This document shows positions 35,497 to 39,439 of a stretch of 39,439 bases of DNA, in pieces; the first letter of the stretch is position 1, and every line of letters starts with the position of its first letter. Under the pieces are notes generated by a model, which made no database searches, was not told the DNA's origin, and saw nothing but the letters and a program-made list of their open reading frames with translations. Origin of the DNA: Clostridia bacterium (lineage in GTDB: Bacteria; Bacillota; Clostridia; Oscillospirales; CAG-272); NCBI GenBank assembly GCA_017522905.1, contig JAFWXY010000122.1, positions 1-39,439 on the forward strand, given 5' to 3'. The translations under genes were made by a program, and so were the position numbers.

Positions 35497-35517
35497 TTTA
35501 TATTACCTCTTAATAAA

Positions 35518-36189
35518 TTACTTAACGGGAACTACGGTAGAGCCATTTTTGAAGCCAACTGCGTTAGCATCATCGGTGTCAACGTGCATTTCAAGGCGGA
35601 AGTCCTTGTGAACGCGGACCTGAACGTCAAACCAGCGTGTGCGCTTGGTTCCGCTCATCGCGTCAACGTCGATATAGTCGCCATCCTTAACACCAAAGTG
35701 AGCTGCGTCATCGGGAGACATGTGGATGTGGCGGTTTGCTATGATACAGCCCTCTGAGAGCTGAACGATGCCCTTAGGACCGATAATTGTTATAGGAGCA
35801 GATCCTGCGATCTTACCCGACTCTCGTACGGGGGGCTTGACCTTGAGAATATAGGAATCTGTAACCGATATCTCAACCTGGCTTGCGCGACGAACGGGGC
35901 CGAGAACACGGACACCCTCGATAGAGCGCATAGAAGGACCCACGATTGTAAGTGTCTCCTTGCAAGCGTACTGACCGGGCTGGGAGAGATCCTTGAAGTG
36001 GGTAAGGGAGTAACCCTTGCCAAAAAGTATCTCAAGATGCTCCTGGGAGAGGTGAATGTGGCGGTTAGAGATACCAACGGGGATCTCGTAGCCTGTTTTC
36101 TGGGGAGCGGATGTCTTTGCACCGCCGTCCTCCATCTCGGAAACTATCCTTTTAACGATAGCTTCAATTTCGATGTTAGATATGTTCAT
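35518..36189 (-). CDS. pduL: Phosphate propanoyltransferase PduL with N-terminal encapsulation peptide
   Basis: It has the duplicated PduL signature GISNRHIHLS and ANRHIHMSPDDA. The N-terminal amphipathic helix NIEIEAIVKRIVSEM is followed by a Gly/Ala/Pro linker. Confidence 0.9.
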   Translation of the reverse strand: MNISNIEIEAIVKRIVSEMEDGGAKTSAPQKTGYEIPVGISNRHIHLSQEHLEILFGKGYSLTHFKDLSQPGQYACKETLTIVGPSMRSIEGVRVLGPVRRASQVEISVTDSYILKVKPPVRESGKIAGSAPITIIGPKGIVQLSEGCIIANRHIHMSPDDAAHFGVKDGDYIDVDAMSGTKRTRWFDVQVRVHKDFRLEMHVDTDDANAVGFKNGSTVVPVK

Positions 36190-36352
36190 GATAGAACTCC
36201 TTTCAGAAATTCTCGCAAATTTTCATATAAAAACGTTCAAAAACACCCTTGAGCGCAGATATACGAAAATTTAAAAGAGTTAGGGGGGCGGGGTGTCCCA
36301 CCCGCAAAAACGGGTAGGACACGTCCCGGGACTTCCTCCAAATCGACTTATA

Positions 36353-36628
36353 TTAGCCGAGTGTGGGGAGAAGCTTGTTAACGTCGGTGTGAGGACGGGG
36401 AATAACGTGAGTTGCAACAACCTCACCGAGGTTTGCTGCAGCTGCGCCGCCTGCCTCAACAGCAGCCTTAACTGCGCCAACGTCGCCGCGAACCATAACG
36501 CTTACGAGTCCGCTACCGATCTTCTCGGAGCCGATCAGCTGTACGTTTGCTGCCTTAACCATAGCATCTGCTGCCTCGATAGCAGCTACAAGTCCTCTGG
36601 TCTCTACCATTCCAAGAGCTTCATTCAT
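36353..36628 (-). CDS. BMC-H hexameric shell protein (PduA/EutM type)
   Basis: [27 protein letters not shown]...[25 protein letters not shown]. The length is 91 aa. Confidence 0.9.
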   Translation of the reverse strand: MNEALGMVETRGLVAAIEAADAMVKAANVQLIGSEKIGSGLVSVMVRGDVGAVKAAVEAGGAAAANLGEVVATHVIPRPHTDVNKLLPTLG

Positions 36629-36717
36629 AGTAAAATTCTCCTTTTTGGATAAAAATTTTTAAGATTTAGATTATTCGGGGTCACCCCGATAATTTTAGTG
36701 TTATAACAGGTGCGAAA

Positions 36718-37002
36718 TTAAACGCCCTTATCTGTTTTAATAAATCTCACGATGTCTGCGTGCGGACGAGCGATAACCTCTGCGCATGCAACGTTACCAA
36801 CGGCCTTTGCCGCCTCAACTCCTGCCTCAAGAGCAGCAGTTACTGCGGAAACATTGCCCTCGACAACTACTGTTACGAGTCTTCCGCCAAGACGCTTTTC
36901 AACGTGGATAAGCTTGACGTTCGCCGCCTTGACCATTGCGTCAAGACCAACGATAGCCGTTACCATAGCTTGAACCTCAAGCAAAGCGATAGCGTTTTCC
37001 AT
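36718..37002 (-). CDS. BMC-H hexameric shell protein (divergent paralog)
   Basis: [57 protein letters not shown]. The length is 94 aa. Confidence 0.9.
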   Translation of the reverse strand: MENAIALLEVQAMVTAIVGLDAMVKAANVKLIHVEKRLGGRLVTVVVEGNVSAVTAALEAGVEAAKAVGNVACAEVIARPHADIVRFIKTDKGV

Positions 37003-37079
37003 AGTTTTTCTCCTTAATAAGTAATTTTGGGAGTGAAAAGCGAAGCTTTACCTCTTCACCTTTCACTCTTCACTTTTAC

Positions 37080-37355
37080 TTAACCGAGTGTGGGGAGAAG
37101 CTTGTTAACGTCGGTGTGGGGGCGGGGAATAACGTGAGTTGCAACAACCTCGCCAAGACGAGCTGCAGCAGCGCCGCCTGCCTCAACAGCAGCCTTAACT
37201 GCGCCAACGTCGCCACGAACCATAACGCTTACGAGTCCGCTACCGATTTTCTCGGAGCCGATAAGCTGTACGTTCGCTGCCTTTACCATTGCGTCTGCTG
37301 CCTCGATAGCAGCTACAAGTCCTCTGGTCTCTACCATTCCAAGTGCTTCATTCAT
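37080..37355 (-). CDS. BMC-H hexameric shell protein (PduA/EutM type), near-identical paralog of 36353..36628
   Basis: 90 of 91 residues are identical to the 36353..36628 product (Arg versus Asn in AAA[R/N]LGEVV). Confidence 0.9.
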   Translation of the reverse strand: MNEALGMVETRGLVAAIEAADAMVKAANVQLIGSEKIGSGLVSVMVRGDVGAVKAAVEAGGAAAARLGEVVATHVIPRPHTDVNKLLPTLG

Positions 37356-37410
37356 GAGTTTTTTCTCCTTTTATTTTCAAATAATTTTTTATAAATTTTG
37401 TGTATCCGAC

Positions 37411-37743
37411 TTATTTGTCGAGATTTCTGAGCTTATCCTTGCCTGTTGCGGTAAGATCTGCAAACCACTGAACCTGATCGTCAAGTCCCGCGATAACCTT
37501 TGACGTGATGTAAAGTCCGCGGCGCTCTGCCTCGGCAACACCTGCATCGTGTGCAGACTGAACTGCACCTGCGTTACCCATAAACTTGACCACCATAACG
37601 AGCGGTACGGGACAAGCATCTGCATTTGCAGGCTTGTTCTTGTCAATGGCTACAACTTTTACGTCAGCCGTCTTGGCAACGACGTCTGCAACAACTATCG
37701 AGGTCGTGTAGCCGTAGACCTCTATCATACCGAGAGCTGCCAT
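37411..37743 (-). CDS. Atypical BMC-H shell protein with extended Cys-containing pore loop and C-terminal tail
   Basis: The BMC fold signature is ALGMIEVYGYTTSIVVADVVAKTADVKV...VVKFMGNAGAVQSAHDAG. The usual K-I-G-S-G pore loop is replaced by DKNKPANADACPVPL. The protein has 110 aa. Confidence 0.75.
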   Translation of the reverse strand: MAALGMIEVYGYTTSIVVADVVAKTADVKVVAIDKNKPANADACPVPLVMVVKFMGNAGAVQSAHDAGVAEAERRGLYITSKVIAGLDDQVQWFADLTATGKDKLRNLDK

Positions 37744-37758
37744 ATTTGCGCCCTCTTA

Positions 37759-38985
37759 TCACTCGTTGATATAGCAGATCTTGATTCCTGCCTGAGCAAC
37801 GTTTGTTTCCATAGCCTCGTTCATCTTGTCGAGGGGGAAGGAGTGAGTAATGAGATCCTCGATCGGGATGTTCATCTCGCGGCACTGCTTAAGGAATGCC
37901 ACTGTCTTAGGATAATCCTCTGCGGAGTAGTCCCAGGAGCCTACGATGTCGATCTCCTTGTTACACATAGCGAGGTGGGGGTTAACCTGATACTCGCCGT
38001 TGTTTACGAAGAAGCCCATTTCGCACATACCGCCGCCGCGGCGGATGTAGCTGTAAATATCTGCAGCTGCAACAGGGGCACCTGTGCACTGGTAAGCAAA
38101 GTCAACGCCAACGCCGTTAGCGATTGCCTTGACCTTTGCAACTCTCTTATCAAGAGTGTCCTCATCGGGACGGCGGAAGCAGATAGTTGTCTTAGCGCCC
38201 ATCTTTTGTGCGACCTTAAGTCTGTCCTCATTACCGTCAACTGCGATGATGTGGTTGATACCGGCAGCGCGGAGAACAGTGATCATAACAAGACCAACAG
38301 GTCCGCAGCCCTGAACGAGGACCTTGGAGCCGAAGTTGAGAAGACCCGTCTTCTGACCTCTCTCAAGTGCGTGTACGCAAACGCAAGCAAGCTCAAGGAT
38401 CATTCTCTGCTTGAGGTCAAGCTCGTTGACCTGGAAATATGTAGCGCCGAGTCCGCCCTTGATAACCATGTAATCTGCAAACCAACCGTTTACGCGGTTG
38501 CCTTCATTCTGACCTCTCCTGTCACCGATAAGTCCGAAAACGCCCTGATTGTCGCAGAGGTTTGTTCTTCCGGGAACCATGCGGCATGCGTAGCATTCGC
38601 CGCAGCTGATAACAGAGGTAACGATCTTGTCGCCAACTCCGAGAGGCTTTCCTGCGGTGTCGACCTTGATGTTCTTTCCGACTGCAACGACCTCACCGGT
38701 GCCCTCGTGACCGAGGATAACGGGTATAAGGCCGAACGGGTCGGACTTCCATTCATGAACGTCTGTACCGCAGATTCCCGCACCCTCAACGCGGATGAGA
38801 ATGTCGTCGTCACCGAGCGGAGGAATGGGAAGCTCTTGTACTTCAATCTTCTTTGTACCGGTAAGCATTGCGACGCGAGCCTTTGTGGGGATGGAGCCTG
38901 CCGCCTTAGGAGCGGATGCGCCTGCACCCATGGAGCTTATCACGGAGCGAACTATGCTTTCGATCTGGGAAGCTGTAATATCCAT
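37759..38985 (-). CDS. Zn-dependent medium-chain alcohol dehydrogenase with N-terminal encapsulation peptide
   Basis: The catalytic Zn site is GICGTDVHEW and GHEGTGEVV. The structural Zn site is CGECYACR...C. The Rossmann motif is VQGCGPVGL. An N-terminal extension of about 35 aa reads ASQIESIVRSVISSM plus a Gly/Ala/Pro linker. Confidence 0.85.
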   Translation of the reverse strand: MDITASQIESIVRSVISSMGAGASAPKAAGSIPTKARVAMLTGTKKIEVQELPIPPLGDDDILIRVEGAGICGTDVHEWKSDPFGLIPVILGHEGTGEVVAVGKNIKVDTAGKPLGVGDKIVTSVISCGECYACRMVPGRTNLCDNQGVFGLIGDRRGQNEGNRVNGWFADYMVIKGGLGATYFQVNELDLKQRMILELACVCVHALERGQKTGLLNFGSKVLVQGCGPVGLVMITVLRAAGINHIIAVDGNEDRLKVAQKMGAKTTICFRRPDEDTLDKRVAKVKAIANGVGVDFAYQCTGAPVAAADIYSYIRRGGGMCEMGFFVNNGEYQVNPHLAMCNKEIDIVGSWDYSAEDYPKTVAFLKQCREMNIPIEDLITHSFPLDKMNEAMETNVAQAGIKICYINE

Positions 38986-39027
38986 TTTGTTTCTGTCCTT
39001 TCTGAAAATTTGCTGTTCTTCCTATTA

Positions 39028-39439
39028 TTAAATAATACGGAAGCTGTCGACCATTACGCAACGGCGCTTTCTTGTAAAGGAGCGAGCCGATGTGATACCC
39101 TCACCGGTAGGACCTGCGATCGTAAAGGTCGTGTGTCCCTCGCCGCCGAATCCGATTCCTGCGTAAGAGGGAGCGTTCTTTACAAATATAGTGGTCTCAA
39201 CCGCGCGTGCAAACGCCGTGAGGTTGTCGATGTTTTTGGAATGCATATGTGCTGTATGGCGGTTGCCGTGCTCAGCCTTGACCGCAAGCTTGATAGCTTC
39301 GTCTATGTCCTTGACGCGAACGATACCCAGAATAGGCATCATAAGCTCCTCCTGGACAAATTCGTGCTCGAAGGGAACCTCCGCGATAGCGCATCTTATG
39401 TCGTCACCGACCTTGATGCCGATCTTTTCAAGGATGACC
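39028..39439 (-). CDS. CoA-acylating aldehyde dehydrogenase (PduP/EutE family), C-terminal part only
   Basis: MMPILGIVRVKDIDEAIKLAVKAEHGNRHTAHMHSKN...IFVKNAPSYAGIGFGGEGHTTFTIAGPTGEGITSARSFTRKRRCV matches the EutE/PduP C-terminus. The reading frame stays open to the window edge. Confidence 0.85.
   Translation of the reverse strand, partial: VILEKIGIKVGDDIRCAIAEVPFEHEFVQEELMMPILGIVRVKDIDEAIKLAVKAEHGNRHTAHMHSKNIDNLTAFARAVETTIFVKNAPSYAGIGFGGEGHTTFTIAGPTGEGITSARSFTRKRRCVMVDSFRII

Noticed and set aside
1-39439. Search by eye for CRISPR arrays, transposases, integrases, toxin-antitoxin pairs or known defence-system genes
   Set aside because: None was recognised. The only regularly spaced repeats are within LRR coding sequences and the short palindromic intergenic elements.

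Overview
This 39.4-kb chromosomal window reads like a Clostridia-class Firmicute: AGGAGG-type RBSs, lipobox lipoproteins, BspA-type LRR surface proteins and about 50% GC by eye. No rRNA, tRNA, CRISPR array, transposase or integrase was recognised.

**1-27.7 kb: ordinary housekeeping and accessory genes.**
- An oxidative TCA-branch operon: IPMS/homocitrate-synthase-family (Re-type) citrate synthase, an embedded GntR regulator, aconitase and NADP-IDH. It has a consensus promoter overlapped by a perfect palindrome.
- A class-3 lipase-like protein and an orphan 303-aa protein.
- rbfA-nrnA.
- Two LRR lipoproteins.
- comM/yifB and a CDF transporter.
- An Fe-ADH and a Ca-type P-type ATPase.
- An HD protein, cdd and a small Cys-rich protein.
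- A VanY-type peptidase.
- An AT-richer block with an ECF sigma factor, a membrane beta-propeller partner and an orphan lipoprotein, surrounded by REP/REPIN-like palindromes.
- An ArsR-HMA-P1B-ATPase metal-efflux operon with a textbook promoter and operator.

**27.7-39.4 kb: one tightly packed minus-strand operon that runs off the right edge.** It encodes a glycyl-radical-enzyme-associated bacterial microcompartment (GRM). Gene order is acylating aldehyde DH (partial), Zn-ADH with an N-terminal encapsulation peptide, four BMC-H genes (one atypical), PduL with an encapsulation peptide, BMC-P, a PduS-like Fe-S flavoprotein, PduT-like BMC-T, a diol-dehydratase-type GRE, its activase, PduU/EutS-type shell protein and EutP/PduV GTPase.

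**Most interesting observation.** The last two cistrons of this operon are a ParA/MinD-type ATPase and a translationally coupled 118-aa Lys/Ala/Thr/Pro-rich low-complexity protein. They are followed directly by the operon terminator. This is the architecture of a McdA/McdB-like cargo-positioning pair, here attached to a catabolic metabolosome rather than a carboxysome.

**Secondary observations.**
- The activase lacks the ferredoxin-like auxiliary-cluster insert.
- One BMC-H has an extended, Cys-containing pore loop.
- PduL and the Zn-ADH share an encapsulation-peptide motif.
- There are structured GC-rich intercistronic elements within the operon.
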